Of a stretch of DNA of 64,000 bases, positions 1 to 13,187 are shown piece by piece. The position numbers and the translations under genes were made by a program. The notes under the pieces are model-generated. The model was not told the DNA's origin and searched no databases. It worked only from the letters and a program-made list of their open reading frames with translations. The DNA lies in NCBI GenBank assembly GCA_951406725.2, contig OX597814.1, positions 115,754,001-115,818,000 of the forward strand, written 5' to 3'. This DNA comes from Octopus vulgaris (Eukaryota). The stretch's first letter is position 1; each line of letters begins with the position of its first letter.

Positions 1-3000
1 TTCCTATTATCATTATCATTACTATCATTATTATTATTATTACTATTATTACTATTATCACTCATGGAATGGTTGGCGTTAGGAAGGGCATCCAGCTGTA
101 GAAACACTGCCAGATCAGACTGGAGCCTGGTGCAGCCTCCTGGCTTCCCAGACCCCGGTCGAACCGTCCAACCCATGCCAGCATGGAAAACGGACGTTAA
201 ACGATGATGATGATTACTATCATTATTATTATCATTATCATTACTATCATTATTATTATTATTATTACTATTATCACTCACGGAACGGTTGGCGTTAGGA
301 AGGGCATCCAGCTGTAAAAACACTGCCAGATCAGACTGGAGTCTGGTGCAGCCTCCTGGCTTCCCAGACCCTGGTCGAACCGTCCAACCCATGTTAGCAT
401 GGAAAACGGACGTTAAACGATGATGATGATGATTACTATCATTATTATTATTATTATTACTATTATTAAGGCGGTGAGCTGGCAGAATAGTTTGCATGCT
501 GGGTAAAATGCTTCATGGCATTTTACCCATCTCTATGTTCCAAGTTCAAATTCTGCCAGAGTTGACTTTGTCTTTCGTCCTTTCAGGGTCAATAAAACAA
601 GCACCAGCCAAGCACTGGGGTTGAGGCCTTGTACCTATAGCAGAAAGAATTATGTCCATTTTAAAAAATGCCCAGTCACTGAAGTGACTACATCAAATTT
701 CAAGGCCAGGTCATGGACTGATTGATCATGGAAAAATACAAATTTCACTGAGTTGATTCAAAATTCCACCTTTCAGGTTCAATGAATGTAGTACCAGTTT
801 AGTACTGGGGTCAATATACTTGATTGGTCCCCACCCAGGAAATTTCAGACATTGTGCCTTTAGTAGAAAGGATTATTATTATTATAGATTATTGTTATTA
901 AGGAATATAATGAAAAGGATTATTATTATTAAAGTGAGGTAGAGGATAACAAGTGTGAGACATCTAAGAACATATCTTTTAAATTACAAAAAGTCGTTCA
1001 AACATGATATATACATGTATGAATTTTGGATATATTTTAAATATATTTGTACTAATTCCTCCACACAAAAATCAAGTACATTTTGTTTTTGGACTACAAA
1101 AATATATATTTATATTAATTATGGATACATTCCAGTTTCTAACTATATCTGTTCTAATTCCTCTATGCAAAAATCTGGTAGATTCTGGAATCACACGCAA
1201 GCATGTATCTGACTCATACACTGTTCACTTTCCAGACATTTGTACATTACTGCATATTCTTTATACACACTTTTGACAAGTTGTGGTGCACCTGAGCACT
1301 GTATACAATAATTTCATTATTATTATATTATTATTATCATCTTTAGTTACACTCTACAGCAGGCATGGGCAACTTTTTCGAGAAGCGGGCTGCATGGGAC
1401 ATGGTTCATCAAGTGAACCACATGACTAAAAAAAAATTCATGGTAATTTTTATCAAGTGTGTCATTCAGAAAGGCCCAGAGGCCACAATTTGCCCATGAA
1501 TGTTTTATATTAAAAGTAATCTAAATTTCAATAATACTGAGTAGCCAGAGTTTGGCGATATCAATTAACCCTTTAGTATTCAGATTATTCTACCAAATGT
1601 GATGCTTGTTTATTCACATTGCATTGAATTAATCATGCATTATCTCATAGCTGTGAGATTTCTGTGATAGGACTCTTTACTTTGGTAATAATATTGTTGG
1701 GATAGGGTAAGAGGCTGGATCTGACTGGTTTTGAACAAAAAGGAGGTAAAATATTTAGGCCGGATATGGCCAGGTTAAAACATTATTTCACAGACTACAC
1801 GATCATTATCTAATGGTTTGTGATATTCAGTTGGCATATAATTCTAATGATGTGCATATAGGAAAATCTTCAAGGCTAGCCATACATGCCATACCCAAAA
1901 ACTGATTGACTGAAACATACATGGAAAATTTGCATCATGATAAACTTGGCAGTGGAAGCAAATTGTGTTGACAAATTAATTTCAAATAATTAAGTGAAAT
2001 TTAAAATTAAAAAAAAAAAACCAAAGAATTTGTGGCAGTGATCAGATTAAAATGTTTTGCATAAACACAGAATTACTAAAAGGTAACTTATTTTTCAATT
2101 TACAAAATACTCTTAAAATTTGCATTGAAACTTCAATCTGTTAGAATAGAGATGGTGGTGGTAGTGGCAGTGACGGTGGTTGTGGTGATTAACAGTGATG
2201 GTGTTTACATTTAAATTTATTAATGGCTGAGGGGTTAAAAAGTTTACTATGAAACACATGGCCAGAGGTTCACTTCCACTACCTGGATGCTGTCGGCGGG
2301 TGTCCTTCCCGACAACCACTGGCTGATCAATTCCACAAGTATGAAATTTGGTAGAGAAGCCCCTTATAGTGTACATGCATATGGCTTGAAGTATCAAAGA
2401 CTTTTCCATTCTTTCTGAGCATCAAATTAACACACCTGTTCTCATCGTTTGATGTCTACATTTCCATGCTTCCATGGGTCAAAGAGAGTTTATTGAGGCA
2501 GATTTTCTACAGATGAATACCCTTCCTGTTGCCAAGCCAGCTCTAGATTATTTCCAAGCAAGGTAATATCCACAGCCAGGTATGTTCCCATAGAATATTA
2601 GAATGATCAGGCTTGTACGACAGTGACACTCATTTACAATTATCACACAATATCAAGACAAGGAGAGACAAACACACACACACATATATACATACATAGA
2701 CACACATCAACCAAATCCACTTGCAAGGCTTAGATCAGTCCATGACTATAGTAGATGACAGTTACCCATGGTGTCACGGAGTGGAATTGAGTCTCAAACT
2801 ATGTGGTTGGGAAGCAAAGTTCTTAAACACTAGCCATGCCTATCTGCATGCACATGTGTGCATGTGTATGTATACATATATATATATCACATGACTGACT
2901 AGGCTATCAGATGTTGTCACACATCGCTGGTCACAATGTGCTTTTGCATTGTTTTAACCTTCAAATGACGCCAACCCCGCTGGCTAGACAAGCAGGCCAA

Positions 3001-3379
3001 CATTCCCCACAATTTGAAAGGGGGGACTAGAGCAATATGCTATCAAGTGTTTTGCACAAAAACACAATGTGTTGCCCAATCAGGAAATTGAACCCATGAT
3101 CTAACAATCGTGAGTGCAACAGCTTAACCAGTAGGCCACAACTGTATGGGGAATGTTGGTGATTTTTTTTCCCTCTTTCTTCTGGACTTTCCTCTGTCTC
3201 CTGTTTCTAAAGAAGAGCTTTGCTTGAAACATAAAACAACCACTCTTTCTTTCCTTCTCTGAGCGTCTCATTAATACTTTGCATGTACTACGTCCTCAAG
3301 CTGTTGCTTTTTTTCTCCATTTTTTTAATTAATTGTTATACACACACATAAATATATATTACACAGATCTATGTATGAC

Positions 3380-3797
3380 AACATACGGATGTGAGACCTG
3401 GACACTAAAGAAAGCTGACCAGAAGAGAATTAATGCATTCGAGCTTTGGTGTTGGAGAAGACTTTTACGGATTCCATGGACAGCGAGGCTCAATAATGGA
3501 GAAGTTCTTAACCAGATCAAGCCGAAACTGTCGCTAGAAGCTAGGATCACCAAGCACAGATTGACATATTTTGGTCATATTATGCAGAGAAAATCCCTGG
3601 AGAAGGACATCATGTTTGGAATGGTCAGTAGCAAGAGAGGAAGAGGCCAATCAAGAACCCGCTGGCTTAACAACATTAAGAGTGACATGGGAATGGCCAT
3701 AGCCAATCTGAAAGAAGCGACCCGGGATAGAACTGGCTGGAGGACACTGATCCATCGAGTAACCGAGAGTCGACTTCGACTGAGCAGATAGATAGAT
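3380..3797 (+). mobile_element. RTE-clade LINE, 5'-truncated 3' end
   Basis: TYGCETWT...RINAFELWCWRRLLRIPWTAR...LTYFGHIM...RGRG..RTRW, followed by an (AGAT)n tail. Confidence 0.9.
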
Positions 3798-4536
3798 GTA
3801 TGACAGCATGTGTTCCACTTGTTTTGACTTGTACATGCTGATTGTAAACAAAAGTCACCATTCATACAGTGCTGTCTGTCTGCAACCTTCCACAAAAGCA
3901 TGACCAGCTGTTCATTGTTCAACAGACAAGGGGAAACATTACCTTGCATAGAAAGCGACAAGGGTTGGCAACGTGAAGAGCATTCAGCAATAGAAAACTG
4001 TACATTAACATCTCACTGGACCCTTCAAGCATGGAAAAGCAGATGTTAGATCAGTAATGATGAGTTATAGAAATATTTCGTTGTTATGTCCATTTTTAAG
4101 GCAGAAAACTGGCAGAATTTTTAGCATGCCAGGCAAAATGTTTCATGGAATTTCATCCGATTTTGAGTTCTAAAGTCAAATTATGCTGAGGTTGACTTTG
4201 CCTTTCAAGGTCAACGAAATAGGCACCAGTCAAGCACTGGGGTCAACTGGCCTCCTCACCCAACATTTCAGCCCTTGAGCCTATAGTATAAAGGATTATC
4301 TCACTTTGTTGATTCAAGAAACAATTTCATAGAAATGCTGTAGTTTACGAAATCATTAAGCTTTATAATGTTTTTTATTTTATTTGTTTCAGTTATTGGA
4401 TTATAGTCATGTTAGGGCATCATCTTGAAGAGTTTTTAGTCAATTGTATCAACCCTAATATGTATTTTAAAACATGATACTAATTTTAGTAACCAATGTT
4501 TACCACACTGTTAAGTCATACTTAGAGCCATTTCAA

Positions 4537-4770
4537 GGGCGGCAAGCTGGCAGAAACGTTAGCACGCCGAGCGAAATGTTTAGCAGTATTTTGTCTGTTT
4601 TTACATTCTGAGTTCAAATTCCGCCGAGGTCGACTTTGCCTTTCATCCTTTCAGGGTTGATAAATTAAGTACCAGTTGCACACTGGGGTCGATGTAATCG
4701 ACTTAATCCCTTTGTCTGTCCTTGTTTGGCCCCCTTCTATGTTCAGCCCCTTGTGGGCAATAAATAAATA
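4537..4770 (+). mobile_element. tRNA-derived SINE with Meta-like core (most abundant family); e.g. also 13315-13684(-), 22848-23250, 24643-24862(-), 33305-33538, 52608-52842(-), 55172-55578(-), 59995-60409
   Basis: Head GGCGG..AGCTGGCAGAA...GAGTTCAAATTCC and core GCCTTTCATCCTTTCGGGGTCGATAAA..AAGTACCAG. 14-bp TSD ACTTAGAGCCATTT here. Confidence 0.85.
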
Positions 4771-5628
4771 ACTTAGAGCCATTTTAGTAGTATTATGGGT
4801 CCCCAAGCTAATCAATGCACAGGGTCCAACAATATTTATTTATTTAACAACATAGCATACATAGATCAGAACTGGGTCACCAGACCCACAAGGTGCTGAA
4901 ATGACTGGCTAAGTGTGCCCATGCCCCTGACATTGGTCATATGACATAAACACTGTTTTTTCAAACTGTTTCAATGCAAAGCCAGACAGACACACACCAA
5001 CACACATACAACAGGCTTCTGCATAGTTTCCACTTACCATTTTCACTCATAAGCTCTAAATCCAACTGAGGCTATGATAGAAGACACTTGTCTAAGATGT
5101 CACACAGTAGGACAGAACCCAAGACCATATGTTTGTGAAGCAAACTTCTTAACCACGCAACCATGTAATGAAGCTCTCAACACATTTAGCTGAAGGGATC
5201 ACCCTGAAGACCATCTTTTATAGTGTACTCAGATTAGAAAACCCCACAGGGAAAGCTGAACTCAGCACTGCAAGTTTACAAACTACTTGTCATTTCCAGC
5301 ACTACCACTGCTTGGAATGGTAAATTGTTCCTAACCTGTGGTACTTATGTTTAGCCAGATGGACTGAGTCGATTGAACATTAGATGTTTTAGCCATGATC
5401 ACAGCTTCATATTACCAATGAAAATAATAAGCTCTCTAGGCATTATTTCAGCCAAGTTCTTTATTAGAAGACTAAAAGAGAAAAAAACCCCACTTGTATC
5501 TGTTTGACAACAAAAGGAATATTGGTAAGTGGAAACACCTTACAGGACAAGCAGACAACAGGAGAAATCTTCAGAGGAAGAACTCTCACCAACCAAGTGT
5601 TTCAGCCTGTTAGTTCCAGACACTTTAA

Positions 5629-6080
5629 CCCTTTTGTTACCAACCCGGTTGAAGCCAACTCTGGCCCTGAGTACAAATGTCTTATTTTCATAAGTTTTCA
5701 ATTAAAATCTTCCACCAAACCTTCCTAACACTAGCTAAATGATAACTAAGTTATTTTACTAAATTCTTTGTTATATTTAAAGTAATTGAAAGAAACACAG
5801 AGCATCTCAAAATAAATACAGTAACGAAAGGGTTAGAATATATAATAGAGAAGCAATTCTTAATCCTTTTGTTACCAACCCAGTTGAAACCGGCTCTGGC
5901 TCTGAGTACAAAAGTCTTGCTTCCATAAGTTTTGAATTAAAATCTACCAAACCTTAGTCACAGTTTATGTTCCTAACACAAGCTTGATGATAACTAAGTT
6001 ATTTTACTAAATTCTTTGTTATATTTAAAGTAACTGAAAGAAACACAGAGCATCTCAAAATAAATACAGCAACGAAAGGG
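5629..6080 (+). mobile_element. Two adjacent piggyBac-type MITEs (5629-5832, 5864-6080); same family at 21868-22088, 26170-26386, 31079-31298
   Basis: TTAA-CCCTTT(T/C)GTTAC...GTAACGAAAGGG-TTAA ends with a shared ~210-bp body. Confidence 0.8.
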
Positions 6081-9000
6081 TTAAGGGAGCAGGACCCATT
6101 CTGATCATGATCCTTAAGTGTTTTCAAAATGCCACTTTTAGCAGGGATTGAACCTGGAACTTCAGGATGATCTTATTTCCCTGAGCTGTGGTGTATATCA
6201 TTTGGTCATGAAGACCACCAAGAGAACTTGCACTGTAGATTGTTTTCAAGCTGGATTGTTGTAGTATAAGGTTAACATTTTGCAAGGTATTCTGCAGGGA
6301 TGATAGAAATATTTGAAAGACAACTCTATTAACATAATTTATGTGAAGGTTTAAATCAGATCAAACCATTTACAGAAGAAAAAAAAATTAATAAATAAAT
6401 AAAAAGTATTGAGAAATAATTGTTCAAAAATTCAAATAAGTTAGATCAGTGATTCCCAAAGTGGATAGTACTTCCCCTTTCGGGGTCGGTGGAAAATTCA
6501 GAGGGGCATTAAAGAAAATTGAGATGATAATGGGGTGGCCAAAATGGTGTGATAGATGTAAAACAATTAAAAATATTAATTGGTAAATTAGGTTTTTACT
6601 TGTATTTGTGAAATACAGCTGTTTTGAATTTGCTGTGGAACGTGGTTTATATTTTGGTTGGGGAGGGTTAGGGGGCACTAGGAATGTGGTCCAGGTGCCA
6701 AGGGGGTGGCAGCCTGAAAACGTTTGGGAACTATGGAGTTAGATGATACCTAATTGAAGGTAACACCAACATAATATAATAGATTATTAGAGATATTCCT
6801 TTCAGGATCTAGCTTTCATGTATTAGGAACAGATTACGGTATAAAGAGCCCTATAAATGAACGAATGAATAAGGGCCCCTGTTACAACCACCATTCTTTG
6901 CTACACACTGCAGTCTTGTGCTGTTAACCAAGAGCCCTATTCTGGTCCTAATATCCTAACTTGTTCCAAATACTTTATATGGAATCATGAGCAAAACAAA
7001 TATGAAGGGACTCGCTTTAAATACAGACAACAAATGACTGCTTCGGGTATTCAGCTCACAGTTGTAAGGTCATGGGTTCAATTCCAGCTGATGCATTGTG
7101 TTCTTAAACAAGACACTTTATTTCACATTGCACCAGTCCACTCAGCTGGTAAAAATGAGTAGTACCTGTATTTCAAAGGGCCAGCCTTGTCACACTATGT
7201 CACACTGAATCCCCTTGAGAACAATATTAAGGGTATGCATGTCTGTGGAGTCCTCAGTCACTTGCACATTAATTTCATGAGCAGGTTGTTAATTTGATTG
7301 GATCAATTAAGAACATTCATTGTCATAACTCACAGAGTGCCAGTTAATTGTTGTAATCAGCAGGAATGGTTTATAATTAATTAATGAGTCTTTTGTTAGC
7401 TTTCAGAGCTAAATACAACATAAATGTTCACATGAATTAAATATCTACAGGGGACTAGCATCCTTACCAGGAAGAATAGTGTTTCTAATCTGCCTAGTAC
7501 TAGCTCAGTTGGGTCCCATTATATTGTGACATCCATCTAAAAATGATGGAAATGAAGAAAATAATTCTAAAAATAAAATAACAAAACACTAAAATTATAA
7601 TGACTGCAGTGAGCAATCAGGCTATTTCATAATGACTATATCAGTTTCTTAATTAACCATGTCATAATTAAATCATTCAATCAAAAAATGCAAAAAGTGC
7701 AATGTGATATTAAATTTATAATTGTGGATACAAGAGTTTTGGAGGTCTTCCCTTCATCCACAGCACTTTTAATTTGTGATTTCTTTGGGTTAAAGAGAGA
7801 GAGAGAGAGATGTGGTCAACTGAATGTAACCTCAGCATGTAAGTGGTATTTAGCTGGATGGAAATAAAATGACAAGAAATGTGTAGAAAGGGATGTAAAA
7901 TGTACTCTAGCCTGATGTAACGAAACATGTCCCAAGTTGTCTTCCATACCTGAGAGAAAAATAATTCTTTCTTTCATCGCTAAATTAATTTTGCTGAGGA
8001 GGTCAGAATAAAAGTGAAACAAGTTCAGAGTTAACTCTTATGTACAAAAGAAACGTCTGAGATATTCTTTCTTCACTACAACAGTTAGTTTTCATAATGT
8101 CATATGCATATATTAGTTAGTTAATAATCTTTAATTAAAACCCTACCAGACCATTCCATCATCAATGGTCCATAACAGTCCAACAATTACTGGTATCTTT
8201 GCACACATTTCTTGACACAACATTGCAAAATTTAAAAATAAAAAAGACAATTTCATGTTTTGTTTGTGGCATTCTTCTCTTACCTTTTTTTTTTTAATTT
8301 CAAAATCTTTTTTCCTTTATTTTTTAAAATTCTTCTTTAATTTGTCCAGTGGTTCAAATTGATATTTTCATTAAAAAAAGATTTTTTTTGTTTTTTGGAA
8401 TGATTAAACAAAATGCTCTATATAATAATAATAATAATGATAATAATAATAATAAATACTACAGTTGATTCAAAAAATATAACAACAAAAAATAATTTTA
8501 TAAAAGCAGGTATAAATTAAAAATATAACAAATAACAGAAAAAAAGCTCAAATGAATAAACAAAAAAGAATTGAAATGTTAAATGAGCCTTCAATTTGGT
8601 CTATGCTTCTAAAGAACAAGAATGAACTCGTGTTGGAATACTGAGAAGTCAAAGAATGGAACTTAGTGTAAATTTATAAATATTCTTTCTAAATTTGGCA
8701 CAAGGCCAGTCGTTTTGGAGGGGAGGGAGAAGTCAATTACATTGACCCCAGTACACGACTGGTACTTGTTTTATCAACCCTTGAAAGGATGAAAGGCTAA
8801 GTTGACCTCGGCGACATTTGAACTCAGAATGTCAAGGGCTGATAAAAATGTCCAGCATGGTAATGATTCTGCCAGCCCGCCACTTTATGTTAGTTTATGA
8901 ATATAAACAAGGAATTGCATCAAGAATGCGATAAGGGATACGGTAAGAGATAATTAACCCCGTCTTTTGAGATGAAATACTTTATATTTAATCTTCACAT

Positions 9001-9121
9001 TTACACTTCATTTTAATCAGACTAATCTCCAATTCATCATCAGATATCCTATTCTTGAATAACTAGATTAAAAGATCAAAACTAGGAACTTTTATTTCTA
9101 AGCTAATATTTGCAATGCTGT

Positions 9122-9205
9122 GTACTATATATATATATATACACACATTATAATATATATACATATATAGATACATAATATATATACATATATAGATACA
9201 TTATA

Positions 9206-9246
<41 letters not shown>

Positions 9247-10156
9247 TAGATACATTATAATATATATATATATATATACTATATGTACTATATATATATA
9301 TACATATATAGATACATTATAATATATATATATATATATATATACTATATGTACTATATATATATATATACATATATAGATACATTATAATATATATATA
9401 TACTATATGTACTATATATATATATACATATATAGATACATTATAATATATCATCATCATCATCGTTTAACGTCCGTTTTCCATGCTAGCATGGGTTGGA
9501 CGGTTCAACCGGGGTCTGGGAAGCCAGAAGGCTGCACCAGGCTCCAGTACTATGTACTATATATATATATACATATATAGATACATTATAATATATATAT
9601 ATATATGTATATATATATACTATATGTACTATATATATATATATATATACTATATGTACTATATATATATAATAATATATATATACATTATATATATATA
9701 TATATATATATATACTATATGTACTATATATATATATATATAGATACATTATATATATATATATATATATATATATACTATATGTACTATATATATATAT
9801 ATACTATATGTACTATATATATATATATATACTATATGTACTATATATATATAATAATATATATATACATTATAATATATATATATATGTATATATATAC
9901 TATATGTACTATATATATATATATATATAGATACATTATAATATATATATATATGTATATATATATACTATATGTACTATATATATATATATACTATATG
10001 TACTATATATATATAATAATATATATATACATTATAATATATATATATATGTATATATATATACTCTATGTACTATATATATATAATAATATATATATAC
10101 ATTATAATTAATAAATATATATATATATATACATTATAATATATATATATATATAT
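9122..10156. repeat. Compound (TA)n satellite with an embedded SINE-tail fragment (9451-9548)
   Basis: TACTATATG / GATACATTATAA units separated by (TA)n. Confidence 0.95.
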
Positions 10157-10248
10157 ACAGGAATAAGACACTGCATGGTACCAGGCTAGATTTGAACCAG
10201 GAAGCTTTATTTCTAAGCCAATGGTTTTAAAGCTTTATACTATTTATA

Positions 10249-10467
10249 CAGGGTTGGCCAAAAGTCACCTGACAGAAATCAAAACCATTTGATTCCAAGG
10301 TTTATTTATGTTTAACAACTGAATGAATTTAACAAAAGCGTCTAAATATGAAACATCATGAAAAAGTCCTTCTTGAATGACACATTTTACCATTCCAGTC
10401 AATACAGAATTACAGATAGTATTTATGGAATTTTGATTTACTGTCGGGTGACTTTTGACCGTCTCTG
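10249..10467. mobile_element. Tc1/mariner-type MITE
   Basis: TA TSD and TIR CAGGGTTGGCCAAAAGTCACC..ACAG. Confidence 0.75.
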
Positions 10468-12359
10468 TATATATCCAAGAATAAGACATTTGATTACTGG
10501 AAATGAAACTGATCTAAACACAGTGCAGATATAAATAGTGGTTCCAAAATTTGGCACAAGGCCAGCAACTCCAGGAGAGGGGCTAAGCTGAATATATCAA
10601 CCCCAGAACTCAACTGGAACTTATTTTATCAACCTCAAAAGGATGAAAGGCAAAGTCAACCTTAGTGGAATTTAAATTCAGAATGTAAAATACATTTTGC
10701 CTGGCATGCTAACCATTCTGCCAGCTTGCTGCCTTGATGTGTAGATATAAATATTAATAAATGCTTCATCTCTAAGGATGAAGTTAATCGCTAGAAAAAT
10801 CAACTATTATAATTAACAATAATTATAATTAATAGCAACCCATCTGAGATATTTAAATATTCAATGATAAGAGATGATTTAATTAATTATTTCTTTTACT
10901 TTATTTATTTTTTAATTATTTCATTTTATAATAATAATAATGCTATCTTTTTAGTTAAAATTCCTGGCTACTGGGAAACGGTTTTCCAGCAATATTTTTT
11001 ATGATTACAGTGCCCAGTATGACCACAGCCAACTGGTCAAGAAAAGGATTAATTTATCCAAAGTAAGAACATCATGAAAGATTCTCTAAAAGACAGTTCT
11101 GGAATGAAAGAGAGCCATAAATATAGCCAAATTCCAATACTCAAAAGTGCCATAAAATATATTTATATTTCCTCATGTTAGTTAAATTTTTAAAATAGCA
11201 GCAGATTTGTCATAAAATAAATTTAGTCTGCTACACGTCGAAATTTCTTTTTTTATTTTAAAAAATATTTTAAAATAATTTCTGAAATTAAGTTTAATCA
11301 TTTCGTTTTAAAAAATGTGAAACTGTGAATTCTGAGGAAAACTAGTGATGGTCTGCCGTCAATAAGCGGTTAAAGTACAAAATGTTTACAACATGGAATA
11401 AATTAATTTGTCGTGGGAAAGAGATAAAGTTGAATGATTTGAACAGGACCTTTTCCAAAATAATTTGAAAAGAACTGTATGGTGTGGTGGTGGTGTTGTG
11501 GGCTAATATGTTCGGAGAAATCTTTTACTTTCAAGAAAATGTAACAACAACAGATCATTTTGTATTAAATGACTTCGGTGTGAAATGGAAAGGAATGAAT
11601 GTTTCAACTTCACTGACAACAAGAGTGAGAAATTGCTCTGTTCAGTATCAAGCATTAACCATTAACCCTTTAAGTCAGCCATATCTGGCCCAAATATTCT
11701 ACCTGTTTTATGTTCATTGTACGGTAGGTGTGCGAGGCCAGATCCAGCCTCTCACACCTACCCTATGATGTCATTCTAAAAATAAACTCACATCATTGAA
11801 ATCTCGAAGCTACGAGACGGTGCGTGATTAATCGAAAACAATGTGAATAAACAAGCATCGCATTTGAGTGAGTGACCTGAATGCTAAAGAATTAAAAGTT
11901 TCAAATCTGGTTTCAATCAGTAAAAGATTTAACCAATAACAAACCTTGATTTATAGACAGAAAAAAGGGTACACTTATTAATGCTAGCCAAATTGTAGTC
12001 ATGGGACTGAGCAGAAGGATTTTACAGTAGCTGTCTTAGCCTTCTCTGATCAGAAGAAAACTGACAGTGTCCTACCTTATTAGTAAGACACTCATCAGCT
12101 GTATAATAAATATAGTTTTCAAATAAATATACATCAAAGCATGTGATATAAAAATGCTCAAAAAAGGAAAAAAACACAAGAAAAAAATCACTCTCACTGC
12201 CACCACCACCACCAAACACAAAACAAACAAACTGAATTATTTATAAGACAATCTGTTTGTTTGTGTTTGACTTTTTTTGTGCAGTTTTCTTGTTTTCTCT
12301 TTAACAAAAGAACAAAATGATTGCAGAAATATATATAACAAAATGACTGCAGTTAATCT

Positions 12360-12361
<2 letters not shown>

Positions 12362-12403
<42 letters not shown>

Positions 12404-12710
12404 CACTTGGAAATGGATGCGTTGTGTTCAATTAAATAATAAATAATATGTAAATATATACATGCATATATGGGTACAGGATGACGTCCCTAACGGTGCT
12501 ATGTATTTCATGTTATTTGCACCATTGGTGACGTCCTGTACCTATATATGCATGTATATATAAATATGATATATACATATATATATATATATGTATGTAT
12601 ATATAAATAAATACGATATATACATATATATATATAGATATATATACATACATATATACAGATATATATACATACATATATACAGATATATATACATACA
12701 TATATACATA

Positions 12711-12795
<85 letters not shown>
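12362..12795. repeat. (TA)n-rich microsatellite region
   Basis: Long (TA)n runs. Confidence 0.9.
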
Positions 12796-12798
<3 letters not shown>

Positions 12799-12996
12799 CA
12801 TGTGTGGATGTGACTTAATTAAAGATGTGCATTATTCGTTAATATAGTACAGTACAAAAGTTGATATTGCACAAAATTTTAAAAATAATAAAAACTTACT
12901 TAATGCAAATGCATCGGTGAAACCGTTTTAAGAACTAAGTCCGTTTGTTGGATCATTGTATGCAGCAGAGAGTAATTAAATAAAATGCGTTCCCAA

Positions 12997-13187
12997 TTAA
13001 TTAAGTCCAATGGACTCCATACACCCACTGTTACCTTGTAAAGACAAGCCACCAATGATATAAAGCCGTCCGTCGTACATCGTATAAGCACACGAGCTAT
13101 GTGAGCTTGGAATATCTGAGAGAGTCGACCAGGTGCCGCTTGTAGGGTCATAACATTCCACAACACTCAAAGGTCGACCCAAATTTC
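12997..13187 (-). CDS. KLHDC8: KLHDC8 coding exon 5 with stop (191 nt); total CDS 1026 nt, 341 aa
   Basis: Acceptor AG 13189-13188. Reads GNLGRPLSVVECYDP...LYIIGGLS...IGLN*. The five exon lengths sum to an intact reading frame. Confidence 0.92.

Noticed and set aside
9483-10111. YI/MYVC/CV-rich ORFs here and at 12508-12801, 51244-51930, 54467-55123 and 63025-63855
   Set aside because: Translations of microsatellites.
12900-13166. Overlapping 88-aa alternative-frame ORF in KLHDC8 exon 5
   Set aside because: Only the kelch frame joins exon 4 in phase; no motif support for the other frame.
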